Origin: Vicugna vicugna
Taxonomy: Eukaryota
Length of the DNA stretch: 60,000 nucleotides
NCBI GenBank assembly: GCA_013265495.1
Contig: MU057560.1
Coordinates: 2,294,909 to 2,354,908, forward strand
Reading direction: 5' to 3'
Part shown: piece by piece, positions 22,400 through 35,716 of the stretch
How the letters are laid out: the number at the start of each line of letters is the position of its first letter
Numbering within the stretch: the first letter of the stretch is position 1
Program-made: the position numbers and the translations under genes
Notes under the pieces: generated by a model
The model's input: only the letters and a program-made list of their open reading frames with translations
The model's database searches: none
What the model was told of the DNA's origin: nothing

Positions 22400-23800
22400 G
22401 CTGACTTGAGCCCCACGGGATGCAAGTAGAGGCACTTTGCAGCTTACACGCCTGTTTTTATTGCCGTAAGGGGGAGAGCGGTGCTTTACCCGGCCTTGCT
22501 GTTTCCAGCGGAAGCTCGCAGGCTGCTCTCGCAGTTTTGCCTGCTAATGATTTAAGTGCTTTCTGCCCCCTGCATCGCTTCTTCCTGAGCGCCCCGAGCT
22601 GGCCGTGCAGACGTGGAGTTTTCTCTCGCGCCTCGGTGACAATAGATGGAGACGTAATGACAGTGTCGCGCGTAGGTTTCCTCCTTCCCACGCGGTCTGT
22701 TCCTGCAAACTGCTTCGTTCCTGCGTGGTGGTTCTGGTGGCTGGCTTCCCAGGTGAAGCGTCCCTCCGAGGTCTGCTGTTCCTTGACCGCCTGGCCACGA
22801 TTAAGGAGGGCAGGCTAGCGGCCGCGGGGCGGCTGAGAGCGTGGGCCGAGCTGGCCGGGGCGGGCCTCCCCTCCCGGGAGAGCGCGTGTGTGTGTGTGTG
22901 TGTGTGTGTGGCGGGTAACAGGGCCCCTGACGTCGGTCTCTTCATCTTTCCAGTTTGGTGATCAGGTTCCCCAGCTGAGGTCCTCGCAGGCCCCTGCACA
23001 GAGGAAATAGCTCAGACCGCCTCTTGGGAGCGCAGTATTTCTGTTCCAGAATGTTCTATGCAAATTATAAAGGAGCTCTCAGGGTCCTCCTGGAACGCTC
23101 TTCCTCTGTCTGTCTCTGCCACTCTCTTCCCGAAGCGGGGCGCGTCGGTGCCTGTTCGCAACGCCTCGCGAGACTTGGAAGCGCCCCTGACCCCGCCCCT
23201 GGTCGGGCTCCTCCCTCCCTAGCGCCTCCCTGCGGGCCGGTTAGACGCTCGCCCTCAGCGCTGCTCCCTTTGGCCTTGTGGGTGGTTGCGGGCCTCCAGC
23301 TGATTCAGGGATAACGGGAAAGAGGCCACTTCGCCTGCCCGCCTGCCTGGGGACATAGCGGCAGGACCCCACGCCCCTCCACGTCTGTGGTCACAGCCGC
23401 GCCTCGCAGGAGCTCAGACTCCTGCAAAAGCAGGAGCCCCTGTTCCGAGGGGACACAGGCACTGCAAGCCGGGGGCCCGGCCTCGGCCGCGGGGGCGCCG
23501 CCTCCACGGCCCTGCCTGCCTCTGCGCCGGGCTGCACCTTGCCAGGCTCTGTGCCGTCCACGGCTCGAGAATCCTCTCTGGCCTAGTGAGCTTTCTGCAG
23601 CCCCCGCTGGACGGGCAGGCACTCGAGGCTCAGGAGGTGAGAGGGCGGAGCTAATGAGCCGGGCTCCCAAGCGGCACAGTCGCTCCTCAGTCCTGACGTC
23701 TCGCGTCCTGGTGCCCAGGCTCTGGCTGCGATCAGTGACTGGAACGCAGTTACCCTAACACCCAGGAGCCCGAGCCGACGTGGGACCGCCTGGCCCAGTC
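22400..23800. promoter_or_regulatory. CpG-rich candidate regulatory region
   Basis: High CpG. GC box ggggcgggcc 22857-22866, CRE-like tgacgtc near 22928, ATGCAAAT 23058-23065 abutting TATAAA 23066-23071. Confidence 0.35.
22886..22910 (+). repeat. (GT)12 microsatellite preceded by gcgc
   Basis: Read directly from the sequence. Confidence 0.95.
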
Positions 23801-23874
23801 GGCAAAGGCAAGTCCTTTCCGCCCTGGTTTCAAACGTGGACAGAGTGACTCCACGGCACCTGGTGGCTCACCTG

Positions 23875-24409
23875 TGCTGACTGAACTCCAAAGCGCAACC
23901 TGAACGCCGAGAGCTATGCTTTATTCTGTGGCTTCCTGAGGGCCCCGGCCCAGGACGCAGCCTCTCAGGTCGCTCTGAGGGACGGGTCCGAAGTGGCAAG
24001 GTCGCGGCCAGGGTGTACAGGAGTTTTTGTCACAAACACCAGGTAGTCGGAACATCAAAAGATGACTGTTAATGGAAGCAAACCAGGCATCTCACGTTAA
24101 GGAATTCAGTGCCTTTCTACGTGTGGGAAGGTGCAAAGGTCTGGGCTCGCTGCCGTCACTCCTCTGATCTGCACCTGCGCTGCCGCTGCCCGGGGCCAGT
24201 TCCTGAGCTTCCCAGCCTGAGTCCCCTCAGGGGCACCACTGGGGTGGCTGCAGAGGCCGGGCTGCCTGCGGTCTGCATCCAGGTTCCCTCGCTCACTGTC
24301 AGGGAGCGGGATGCAGGGGGTAAGAATGACGGAGGCGGTAGCGGCTGCTGACTTGATGGCTGCAGCAGCCTGCGTTTACTGATACAGCTGGCAAGGTTTT
24401 TTATTCACA
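23875..24409 (-). mobile_element. ERV1-like solo LTR (family B, copy 1)
   Basis: Termini tgctgactgaa...ttattcaca. Reverse-strand AATAAA near 23920. Collinear with 59461-59892 (accaggtagt, caaaaga, gtttactga). TSD not clean. Confidence 0.8.
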
Positions 24410-27400
24410 CTGGAAATTCCTGGCTCCTAGGTGCCTGTGAGCAGGTGGCACCGTGGTCTCGAGGAGGTGATGTTCGTCTCCTACAGTCTCATCTATGCCA
24501 CCAGTTTCTCGCTCTTGCAGGTTTCAGGTGAACCTGCCCCCAGCTCCCCCTGCAGGGACGTAAATTCGGGATTAGGAACATTTGCATGCCTAGATGGTTA
24601 CTGTAAAACCTGTGAGATGGAGCTGGCTGAAACGTTTAATGGTTGTGGGGGTGTCTGAGGTGACTTCTGGGCACTTCCTCAGCAGACAGGGAGTCGGGGA
24701 GCAGGTGACCTGGCTGGTGCCCCCTTGAGGAGTTGGGGAGCAGGTGCCCTCCAGGCCCGCCCGGCGCCCCCGCCGCCTGCTCAGTGGAGCAACGTGTGCC
24801 TCCCTCCGGGTGTGTAGCTGGCGTTTTGGCTGCTCCCCGGGTGAGATTCCCATCTGAGCCTCGGAAAATCCTCTGGATGGGGTGCGCTCGGCATTCGGCA
24901 GGGCCCGTGGTAACGTGTTAGGGGACAGAGGTGCCCCTCTTGTGCAGGGAGCTTGAAAAACGACCAGACGGAGCTGAGCTGCCGTGGGTGTTGTCAGCGG
25001 GCCGGCAGGATAATAAATCAGCCTCTCCCCTGTCAAGGGTCAGTCGTTTGATGAGGAAAGTGTCCGGGCCAATCTAATCAGGCTGGGCACCCCCCCAATC
25101 TGGAGCCGCTGTGGCCCCCTCCCAAGATCGTGGAGGGGGTGCTCCCTCCCCGGTGACGGGGCTTAGGCCAGGCAGGGCCGCAGCAGACAGACTGCAGCTC
25201 GGAGGCAGCTGGTAGAGGGCAGGGTGCGCTCCGGGACCCCTCCGATGAGGGCACAAATCCCACGTGAGCCCCAGCCTCCTGACACCGTCGTGTTGGGGGG
25301 CAGGTTTCCACCTGTGAGTCTGGGGACGCAGGCCTTCTGACCATAGTGCCACCCAGTCCCAGGGGTGGACAGGAGGTCTGCTGCCTGCGTTTTCAGTGTG
25401 AATAGAAGCAGGAACCTCTGCCTGGGAGTGTGATACTGGGAGGGGCTCGTCTCGGACCCAGGAGGGAGCTGGCTGGGGCCCCTGGTGGGAGGAAGGCCTG
25501 GACTGCAGTGCAGACCCCCGCTTGAGCTTCTCAGGGTCCTGGGGCAGGGAGGGAGGAGGGTGGGAATGACGTCCCATGGAGGATGGGGGCGGTGAGGCTG
25601 GTGGGGGCTCCGTGGGGAGACTCAGGGGACGGTGTGGGGTTGTGGGGTGTGGCCGACAGTGTGTACTGTCCACTGCAAAGCCTTTTACATGTGTCTTCCT
25701 TTGCTCTAGAGGCTGAGATGCAAGCTGCCTGGAACCAGAGTTCCTGCAGTCCTGGAGGACAAGACAGGGTGACACTGGTGTCACTCAGCAGATACATGCA
25801 GGCACCTGCCACATGTAGGGAGCTGCTGGCAAGAGGGGCCGTGACCTCAGGTGTGTGTTAGGAGGATGGAGGGTCATTCTGAGAAGTTAGGTCTAAAAGT
25901 TTGCTCATGATTCCAGGAATAAAGCTTAGAGAGGTGCAGGGCTGGTTCAGATCCACACCCCCAGCTCACAGTGAGGCTGCGCTGGGAGCAGGGGCAGCCC
26001 CAGCCTGCAGGACAGGCCACCTGGCACCCAGGCGGTGAAGCCCCCCAACCCCCTCCAGCCCCTGCATACTGAACGCGGGAAGACACCTTGCGCCGAGCTG
26101 TCCAGGACCAGCACGGGGTCATCCACACGCGGTGCAGGCCGGGCTCCTCCCTGAAGCCAGGCGTGGGCCCCGGCTTTTCATTCACGCCCAGACGGATGCG
26201 AGGGGAGGGCTGCCGGGGTCTTGAGACAGTCGCAGGAGGAAAGAGAAGGGGGAGGCCCAGGTGGTCCCACAGAGGCAAGGAGAAGAGACAAAGCACCCTT
26301 TTGGAAGGGAGAGGAGTCAGAAAGCTCAGTGCAGCGGGTGGGGGTGGGTGGCCCCAGCTCCCAGAATCTGGTCTCTGAGGAGCCGGCCAGGCCACCAAAG
26401 CAGATGACTGTCTGCTGGAAACCTTTCAGATGCAGAGTCCAGGGGAAAGGGAAGAACCAGGGGTGGGTGGCCCACCTTCCCGCCATGTGACGGCAAGGAG
26501 GAGGAGGCTGCAGGGGCTGAGCGGCGCAGGGAGTGGGCCCCGCGGGGGGCGGCAGGAGCTGATTAGACATTCACTCCTTGACATTTGCTGACTGTCCCCG
26601 CGATGCCACAGAAGCCTGCGCGCTCAGGCCTTGTGGCTCAAAACGTGATGAGTAGTAGAAAGTGATGCTCCAGGCCTGTGTGTCTCAGCCACGAAGAGAG
26701 AAAAGCAGGCCTGCTGCAGGAGGGGCAGGTGGTAAGCGCAGGGGGGGTGAGTCTCAGGGTGCAGGCGGCGGCTGGGCCGTCCCCCCCAGGCCAGCGGCTC
26801 GGTGGTGAGTCCCAGCTGAGCTGGCGGCCTGGGGGGAGTGCGGGCACTTCTGCTCCAGGTTTTATCGGTCACCCGTGTGCGACGTGGTCCCGGGGACGGG
26901 AAGGGGAGACTCCCCCTCACCCCTCAGAGGAGGCAGGTGAGTGTCCAGCCGGAGGAGCGAGCCCAGGTCACAGCCTGCTGCCATGAGGGCGGTGCAGGGA
27001 CCAGCGCAGGCAGGGGGGCCCGGGCGCCTGGGGTTGGGGGGTGGGGTAGTGGTGGGGCCGGCTCCCTGTTCGTTTCTGGAATTTTTTGCTTTTAGCAATT
27101 TGGTTGGTGGCTTACTTTCAGGCTCTGTTATACAAGGTTTTGTGTTGTTTTAGTTGATAACTTACTTTCTTTAATTGCACTGTTTCCACGGGGCAAAAGT
27201 TAAAAAAAAATTTCCTTTTCTTTTTTTTTTTTCCAAAATGAACTTTCGGATGGAAGAAAACGTTTAAACCAATACTATTTAATATCTCTGTCATTATAGG
27301 ATGAAGTCATAAAATATAATTTTAATCTCATTTTTGTGGAGGAAGAAGGGGCTGATGAAGCAGAAGTGCTCAGTAGGGAGAGCGTGTGCAGGGCCCGCCG

Positions 27401-29229
27401 CCAGTGGGGATGCAGCAGCTGGCGCTGCCGGGGAAGGTGCACGCCCCGGAGCAGGAGGCGTGGGCGCGCAGCCTGGCTGTGACTCTGCGCAGCTGAACAC
27501 TGAGCGTGTCGCTCTAGCACCCTGACAACAGTGACTTTCACAGCTGCTGTGGGAGTGAGTCAGATACACGGGCGTGCGCACACACACACACACTCGCACA
27601 AGGTCCTCCCGCGTGTGAAGCTCTGGTCCTTTCATTAGGCTTCTTCTGATGCGGGCTTTCACGGGGCCGCCTGGAGTGGGGTTTGGGGAGGTGCCTTGGA
27701 GCGTGTGGGGGGTGGGGCGCTCCCACTGGGGAGACACTGGGATGGACTTGTCGACAGCAAACGGAGCCCCCGCGGAGCCGTCTGCAGCTTTGCCAGGACA
27801 AAAGTCAGAACCGCACCGCGTGGCTCTTCCTCTGTGCCGCCTGTAGCACGGCCACCCCTCCCTTTGGCCTGCCGCTCACTTCCACAGCTTCCTGGGCACG
27901 GTGGCAAAGTCGTGGCATTAGCTTCAGAACTTGCAGCCTGGCGGCCCTTTGCCAGAGGCCAAAGCTCCCTGCAAGGCCGGGGATTTTTGCTCCTGCCTGT
28001 GGACTGGCAGCCGAAGTCCAGAGGAGTGAGGAGTTTGTCCGAGGAGCCAGGACTGAATTCTCGGTGCTGCTGTGCGCTGATCACGTGTCGTCATTTTTCT
28101 TCTGGATCATGAAATGTGAGCTGAGTGTTTGTACCGTGGAAGGCCTGGCAGTGAAGGTGTATCTTGAGATCTTGCCTCACTGTGAGGTTGTCACACGCTC
28201 CTTCTGAACGTCCCAGGTGCTCCGAGCGCAATCTCAGCTCTGATTTAAAAGGTGTCCATAGACAGCCGCACGGTGACTCGGAGTGAACCATCTCGCTCTG
28301 TCAGGGTTTCCTTCCGAAGTGGCCATTTACCCTGCTCACTGCCCTCTCCCCCCTCACGCAGCCCATTGAGATGGCGCTGCAGGGGCGGGAGTGACTTCCC
28401 TGAAGGGCCCGCGGGACACGCAGCGAGATGCTGACGGGGCAGGACCGAGCCACCGGGGCCCGGGGTGCTCCGAGCGCGGCGGCAGCGGACGTGTGATTTG
28501 GGGAGCCCTCTGGTTGTCCCGTGAAAGCCTCACCAACCAGGGAGATGCTCTCCTCAGAGACGCAGGCTCACGTTCAGTTGAAAGAAAAGTCGCCAAATTG
28601 TATTTTATGACTTTATTGGTATAAAAATGAATATGTTAATACTATATGTTAAGACCTTTTCTTCAGTCTAAAAGTGCACATTTTATCTTCTGATTTTAGA
28701 AGTACTGGGCCCGCGTCTTGTATCTACTCTGTCCGGGACGAGGCTCTGGCGGGCCAGGCCCCCGGGGAGACGCGGGGGCCGAGGAAATGCGGAACGAACA
28801 AGTGGCTTTTAATAACTTGTCCGCGTCCCACAGCAAACATAATAATGTGCATGTCAAAGAGGAGTTCTGACATTCTGGGGAAGAGGCCGCTTTGTCTGCC
28901 AGTAGGATTGATGGTATCTTTGCCAAGAAAATTTCCCCAAGTTTAAAATAGAAATGGTTGGAGATGAGTTATGTGGTGCCAGCTGGATACTTAACAGCGC
29001 TCATGCCTTCTCTTCTTCCTGACCCAAAAAATGCATCACAGCGGGAGAAACAGACTGCCCTGATTATCTATTGGGCTCCAAAAACTGGGTTGTGTTAGAG
29101 AGATCAAAGAGTTAGGCTGAGGCCCACCTGGCGTGCTGAGTAGTAAATTTCCGTGGGTGGAACCAAGGAAGCCGAACTCACCTTCTGCAGTGCTAGGGTG
29201 CTGCGGGTGAGCGTCCACAGCGGGAATTC

Positions 29230-29420
29230 GGACCTGAGAGTCCTGACCTCAGTCCGCCCGTGACTGCCCAGGGAGGCAAACCCCTCACCCTCACGCCCCG
29301 GTTTCTTAGGAATCTATAAAATCTGTGATGGTCCTGGTTCCGATGCGGCAGCACTGAGGTGCGCCCGAGGCAGCGCGTGAGCAGTCGTTGTGTGAGGACT
29401 AGGACGCGTTCAGCTCTTAC
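29230..29420 (+). mobile_element. MIR relic
   Basis: gagtcctgacctc...gtgactg...ggcaaacccctcaccctc...ccccggtttc...atctataaaat. Confidence 0.45.
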
Positions 29421-29511
29421 TATCTGACTACAGGTGGGCAGCGATGTGGTAGGTGACTCTTCTGGACCTTGGCTGTGCCAGGCTAGGTGACAGCAATACA
29501 GGAACAGGAGC

Positions 29512-29665
29512 CTATGACGGACTGGAAGTTCGTGTCCACCCACCCCCAAATTCATACTTTGAAGCCTGACCCCAAGGTGATGGGCCTTTGGGAGACGATG
29601 AGGTCATGAGGGTGGGGACTGCATGGGTGGCATTAGTGCCCGTAATAAAGGCCAGAGAGCTGTGC
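29512..29665 (+). mobile_element. MaLR LTR 5' fragment, MLT1A/B-like
   Basis: cccccaaattcatactttgaagcctgaccccaaggtgatgg...tgaggtcatgagggtgggg...tggcattagtgcccgtaataaag. Confidence 0.75.
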
Positions 29666-29959
29666 CCTACATAACCTACAGGTGAGAGAGTGGAGGCGCT
29701 CAGTAAACTGCAGTTGGTAATAGTTTGGTGTTTCTGCTGGACCAGTTTCCCGGGTGCCTCCTTGAAACTCACCACTTCCCTTCCACATAGCGGGAAGACC
29801 CAAGGAAATGTGTCATTTGGTGCAGTGTTAGCGCTCGCCTGCTGGGCACACCGTGGACCTTGATGCCTGTGGCATCCTTTGCAATGGTGCATACAGAGAA
29901 AGTGGAAGGAGAGGCAGGATCTTTGAAGGACTATGTTTAATAGTCTAAGAAAGCATTTC

Positions 29960-32900
29960 AATGATGGGAGGGTTGATTTCAGAACCCGCAGGACTATCTG
30001 AGCTTATTGAAAACTCCAGCCCATACCAGCCTTCCTGTCTCACATATGTGGTTGGGAAAAAAAAAAAAGACTGAGAGGTGCTTGTGAAGGTCACAGACCA
30101 GGGGCATAAACTCAGTAAAAGCTGAAACCTAATCTTGGGATTGCAGAACGCGTCCCATCCCTAGTACCCTCCCCCCATCAGTGGCCCCTGCACAGTGCAA
30201 GAGTGCGTCTCATAGGACTGCAGGTCTGAGTCCCTACTTAAGGAGGCGTCTCCAAGGAAACCTTGGAGGGACGAAAACAAGGACGTTAGGGGGAAAATAG
30301 GCTCTGAACCCACGGCTCCTGCAGAGTAAACACAGTCCACCTCCTGGCCGGATGAACACAGCACCTCACGCTAAAGGTCGGCTTACTTCAGTCCCACTCA
30401 CCCAGTGTGTCACGTCCATCTTCACAAACAGTCACAAGGCATACTAAAAGACAAAACCACGGTTCAGAGAGGCGCTTCCGGTATCAGGACCAGACTCAGA
30501 TATGGCAGAGATTGTAGAATTGTTAGACCAGAACTTTAAAATAACTATGATTGTAATAGGAATAAGTAGAATGAAACAACCGATGAATATGCTACGGGCT
30601 GTGAAGGACACGGTAGGTGGTGTGCAAAAACGGACAGGCCGTGCAGGCAGAGCTGCCGTCTCCAAGGAAGAGGTAAAGGAGAGCTAGAAACCTCGAACAT
30701 GATGGGCATAAGACACGCCTTTGGTGGCCCATTGGCACCGCGGACTCAGCTGAGGGGAGAACTAGTGAGCTTGAGGGCATGTCCATAGAAACTTCTCAAA
30801 CAAAAAAGGGAAGAGAAAAAAGAATGAAAAAAAGAGAACAGAATATCAAAGAAGTGTGGGGCATAATCAAAGGTGTGGCATGTGCGTAGAGGGAACACCA
30901 GAAGGAGGGGAGTGAGAGGGAAGCACAGGAGGAAATTTGAAGTAATAATGGCCGAGAATTTTCTAAAATTCTTTGCAGACGTCAAACCACTGATCATGGA
31001 TGCTCTGAGAATATTAAACAGGATACACAGAGAAAAACGTACGCCTAAGCATGTCATATTCAAACTGCAGAAAATCAAAGATGAAGAGAAATTCTTGAAA
31101 GAAGGCGGGGAAGGACGCTCAGGTGCTGTCTCCCTGACACGGGGCACGAGGCAGGCACGTCCCTTTCCACCATTCCTGCTGGACATTGTACACGAACCCT
31201 AGCTAGTGCAATAAGACACAAAAGGAAGTGGAAGGCATTCTGACTGGGAAGGAAGAAATAAAACTACCTTTACTTGCAGATGGCATGACCGTCTATGTAG
31301 CAAATTCCAAAGAATCGAGAACAAAAGCTCCTGAAACGAGTGAGCAATTATAGCAAGGCTGCAGGATGCAAGGTTAACGCACAGTGTTTATTGCTTTCTC
31401 AAATATTATCAATGAATAATTAGAATTCAAAGCTTAAAACACCACCTACACTAATACCAAGAAAGAAAGAAATACTTAGGTATGAATATGTACAAGGTCT
31501 ACATGAGAAAACTATAAAACCCTGATGAAAGAAATCAAAGAGGTAAATCAGTGCAGGGAGAACCCATGTTACTGTGGAGGAAGACGCAGCATTATTGTGA
31601 TGCAGCTCTTCCCAGCTTGATCTGCGCCGTCAGTGCAGCCCCAGCGAAGTCTCAGCAAGCTACCTGTGGGCATCATCATGTGGGCTCTAGAGTTTATAGA
31701 GAAAGGCAAAGACAGGACAGCCAGCGGCACATTAAAGGATTACCAAGCTGGAGGACTGGCACTGCCTGACTTCAAGGCTTCCCACAAAGATACCGTATTT
31801 AAGACAGTGTAGTTTGGAAAAAGACTAGACAAATGGGTCAGTGGAGCAGAGTAGAGGGCCACAGACAGACAGACACACACACGTATATGTGTGTACAGTG
31901 AGCTGGTGTTGGTAAAGGGCCGAGGGCACTTCAGTGGAGAAAGGATAACAGTTTCAGCAAGCGGTTCTGGATCCGCTGGGCATCCACATACGAAGATGAA
32001 CCCAGACACAGTTCTCACATCTGTCACCGGAATTAACTCGTAGTGGGTCACAGATCTACATACCAAAGGCAAGACCAAAGCAGCTTCTGGAAAACAACAC
32101 AGGAATTCTAGGTTAAAGTGGTTTGGTGATGACTTCTTAGGTATGATACCAAAGGCACCGTCCAGGAGAGGAAAAATTGATATCGGACTTGACCAAGTGA
32201 AAACTTCTGGTGTGCAAAAGACACTGGTAAGAGAATGAAAATAAAAACCCAGATTAGGAGGAAATATTTGCAAAAGGCACATTTTGTAAAGGACTTGCAT
32301 CCGAAATGCACAAAGAACTGTTAAAACTCAACAGTTAAAACAAAACAAAACAGCAAACCAAACAACCCAAGTGAAAAGTGGGGAAAAATCCTGAACAGAC
32401 ACCTCACCCAAGGAGACGTGCACACAGCAAATAACCGGTGGGAAGATGCCCACGTTGTGTCGTCAGAGAGACGCAGACTGCAACGGCGAGACAGCGCCGC
32501 ACACCTGTCGGAATGGTTGTAACCCGGGGCCCTGGCGCCGCCAAATGCTGGCAAGGGTGCGGAGTGGCAGGAGCTCTCACCCATGGCTGGTGGGGACAGA
32601 ACATGGTTTAGACACTTCGGGAGGCAGTTTGTGGCAAAACTAAGCGTGCTCTTACCACGTGATCCAGCAGCAGGACCCCTTGATGTTTACCAAAGGAGCT
32701 GAAAACGCACGTCCACACAAGCCCCGACCACGAATGCTTACAGCAGCTTTGTTCATAATTGCCAAAAATTGGAAGCAGCCATGCTGTCCTTCAGTGGGTG
32801 GTACAAGCAGACAATGGAGTATGATTCTGTGATCAAAAGAAATGAGCTTTTAAGCCACAGAAGGACACAGGGGAACATTGAACCCGTACTGCTCAGTGGA

Positions 32901-33350
32901 AGAAGCCAGTCTGAACATGCTCCACGCTGTGATTCCAACTATGCAACACTCTGCAAACGGCAAAACTGTGGAGACAGTAAAGAGATCAGTGCTGAAAAGA
33001 TAAAAACGTCAGTGGTGGGGAGGGTGTGATTAGGTGGAGCAGGGGGAGTTTTGGGGCCGTGAGAGCAGTCTGTGTGGTGCTGTGATGATGGTCACATAGC
33101 TATGCGTTTGTCAAAATCCATGGACTGCACAACACAGAGCAACCCCTAGAGTAAACCAAGGATGCTGAGTAATAACAGTGTTAACAATACTGGCTTACCA
33201 GTTGTAACGGTGGGAGATGGTAATAGTACGAAGCCTCTGCGGCGGGGTGACAGAGTCATGAGAATTCATCGTCCCCTCAGCTCGATTTTCCTGTAAATCT
33301 AAAACTTTCCTAAATAAGTACAGGTCATTGCTTTAATTAAAAACACAAAA
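29960..33350 (+). mobile_element. Old L1 (L1M4-type 5' end, L1MC-like 3' end) with large internal deletion
   Basis: ORF1 remnants MAEIVELLDQNFKITMI and FEVIMAENFLKF..PKHVIFKLQKIKDEEKFLK run directly into RT-region GTRQARPFPPFLLDIV (consensus [16 protein letters not shown]). Then ORF2 C-terminal remnant MEYDSVIKRNELL and an L1MC-type 3'UTR ending ctgtaaatctaaaact...aaaa. Confidence 0.88.
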
Positions 33351-33720
33351 ACCCTCTCATCTTACAACTTCAGGGCAAACCTCTGAATGTTTAGGGATAT
33401 CTTCTTCCAGCATTTTTCTGGTTGAATGTTTTTATGATTCAGCTGTGTTGTATTAAATATACTGATTCATGACGTACTGTTGCTGCTTTGTAATAACTCT
33501 TCGGCAGCCCCCACGCCACACAGCGTTCTGCTAAGAGGCGGTTATGAACGGCTGCCTAACATCCGCTGCAGGAATGATGCTTAGAGGTGAAGTTTAAGAT
33601 GCCTTCCGTTACTGAACGTTCTTCTGTGTGCCTTTCTGTGGGTTTCTGAGAGTCCCTTCTGAATAAATTCCTAGAACTGAAAGAGAGAAACACTTTTTGG
33701 GGTTTTCTTGCTGTTTTGCT
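33350..33720 (-). mobile_element. L1ME-like relic
   Basis: gggatatcttcttccagcattttt and gaataaattcctagaactgaaa motifs. Confidence 0.45.
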
Positions 33721-34204
33721 TTCAGTTCTTACCGATTTGCACGCCCTGCAAGGTGTCAGCATCTGAAAGAGCGGAATGAGTTTGGTGTGGATGCTGGACA
33801 GAACTCCCGAGAAAACTCGTCCCAGCCCAGCCCGCGGGCGCTGCGCGGCCGCTGTGTGCGGGGCCCCCTGCTCAGAGTGGAGAGCTGGACAGCAGCAGCG
33901 GGGCTCCTGTCCCACCGCTGCCGTGTGCGGCGGGCGGCGTGTCGCGGTGAGGATGCCAGTCCCCGCGGCAGCCCAGCCCAGGGCGCCAGGAGGGCTCCCC
34001 GCAGGCGGCAGGTGTTTGAGCCTGGTTCTGGAGGAAGGGCTCGCGCTGGTGGCACGTGTCCGGCAGCCGGAACGGCGTGACCAGAGGCGTGGATGTCCCT
34101 AGACCGGGCGTTGGTCAACGGTACGAGGGTGCATTGGAGGTTAAGGGGGAGTTAGTAAAGCGTCTTCAGTAGACTTGCAATGTGGTCAAAATTGCGGTTT
34201 ATTA

Positions 34205-34550
34205 AAAAATATTTTTTGTTTGGAAAATTTGAAATATACGCAAAAGAACAGCAAATCAACCCCCAAGTACGGCTTGGTTTACTATCCACAGCCAGCTCCG
34301 GCAGTTACTAGCACAGCTGTTTCCTCCTCCCACGCAACTTTGACAGCAAACCCCAGACATCCCAGCTCTTGTCCTTGACTGTTTTGGGGTGACGATCAGA
34401 TAAGGATACTTTCAAACAACACTGCGATTGTGCCTGGCGTGACTGGCGATGATTTCTTCCTAGTGCAGCCAGCCCGTGTCCGGTTACTTTTCTGTTTATA
34501 TATATTTAACAGTTGGTTGGTTTGGAGCAGGTTCCAAAGGAGCAGGTCAG
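34205..34550 (-). mobile_element. L1MC/ME 3' end relic
   Basis: ttggaaaatttgaaatatacgcaaaag, agcaaaccccagacatc, ttaacagttggttggtttggagcagg. Confidence 0.55.
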
Positions 34551-35537
34551 GTATCTGCCTGGGTTTTCCTCCCACTTCCATCCAAACGCTTTTCCTCCAT
34601 TCCAGTGTCTCCCCTCCGGGGTGTGTGGGTTCAGCTCCTGGGATGGGCACCCGGCATGCCTGCTGCCCCGCCCAGGCCTGCTCTCAGAAGACCCAACAGG
34701 GACACCATTCCTCCCCAGTGAGTACCTGGCTGTCAGATGTCCATGGCCACCTGCCCACAACACCTGGCAGTGGTCACTGTCGATGGCTCAGCACCAGCCC
34801 ATGAATCACATGTTGGGGTTCATGGGGCCACTTGTTACCCAGCTTTGGTGAAGCTGTTGTCTGAGCATCTCTGGTTTTGCTGTGCAAGTTACTCTGCTCT
34901 TATGGGGATTTATGGGAGGTTTAAAAACCGCACAACTGATGCGTTGCCTCTGCGTCCAGCCGGAGGGACCAGAGCAGGAAGGACCGGAGCCAGACAGGCG
35001 GGAGTGGCGGACGGCAGGGAGATCGGGGCCGGGGGCGAGGCCGGGGTGAGAGGATGCAGAGGTTCCAGATTAGCGGGAAGGGATGAGCCCTGAAATCTGG
35101 ATGTGAACTCACTACGCCTGGTGGTTAATCCAGCGCTTGATCTTACCATCCGCTCAACAAACACACCTTCGTTCAGCAAGCCTTCCCTGTTCACGCCGTG
35201 CAAGGCAGGCACCGGGAGACAGAACGGCGAATAAGACAGGTGCTGCTTCTTCTCGTTTGCCGAGTGCCCGCCCTGTGCTTCCATGTCATATAGCCATGCT
35301 TGTTCACAGGAGGTTACATGCTGGAGATAAATCTTAATATTTTTGTGAAACAATTTTAAGCCGTTCACAGCTTCTTTCTTTGGAATCTTTTCTTTTCTTT
35401 GGCTCCCCGACAAATGCTCTGCTTCCTCCTCCAGTGCAGCCCTGCCAGTGTCCCGGCAGGATGACCCCGTGCCAGTGAGCCCATTTGGCCAAAGTCTTTT
35501 AAAGTGAGTAATTGATGGTGACCTTGGAATTAAAATA

Positions 35538-35716
35538 CCGTATTTCTTGATTCTAAGGTGCATATATTTCACCTGTGAATGTTTCGGAAATCTGAACGCG
35601 GCTGGTAATTGATGGTTGCTTTTGACAGGGTCTTCCCCCACCCCCCCCCGAAAAGCTGTTCTTAAATAGATGGTGCATCTTATAATTGATGGCATCTTGG
35701 AATCAAGGAAATATGG
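35538..35716. mobile_element. TcMar-Tc2 MITE, MER104-like
   Basis: Terminal inverted repeats ccgtatttcttgattctaag / cttggaatcaaggaaatatgg. TA duplications at 35536-37 and 35717-18. Length 179 bp; internal atggtgcatcttataattgatggcatctt. Confidence 0.85.

Noticed and set aside
25074..25784. 236-aa Pro-rich ORF
   Set aside because: It reflects the G-rich plus strand and shows no protein signature.
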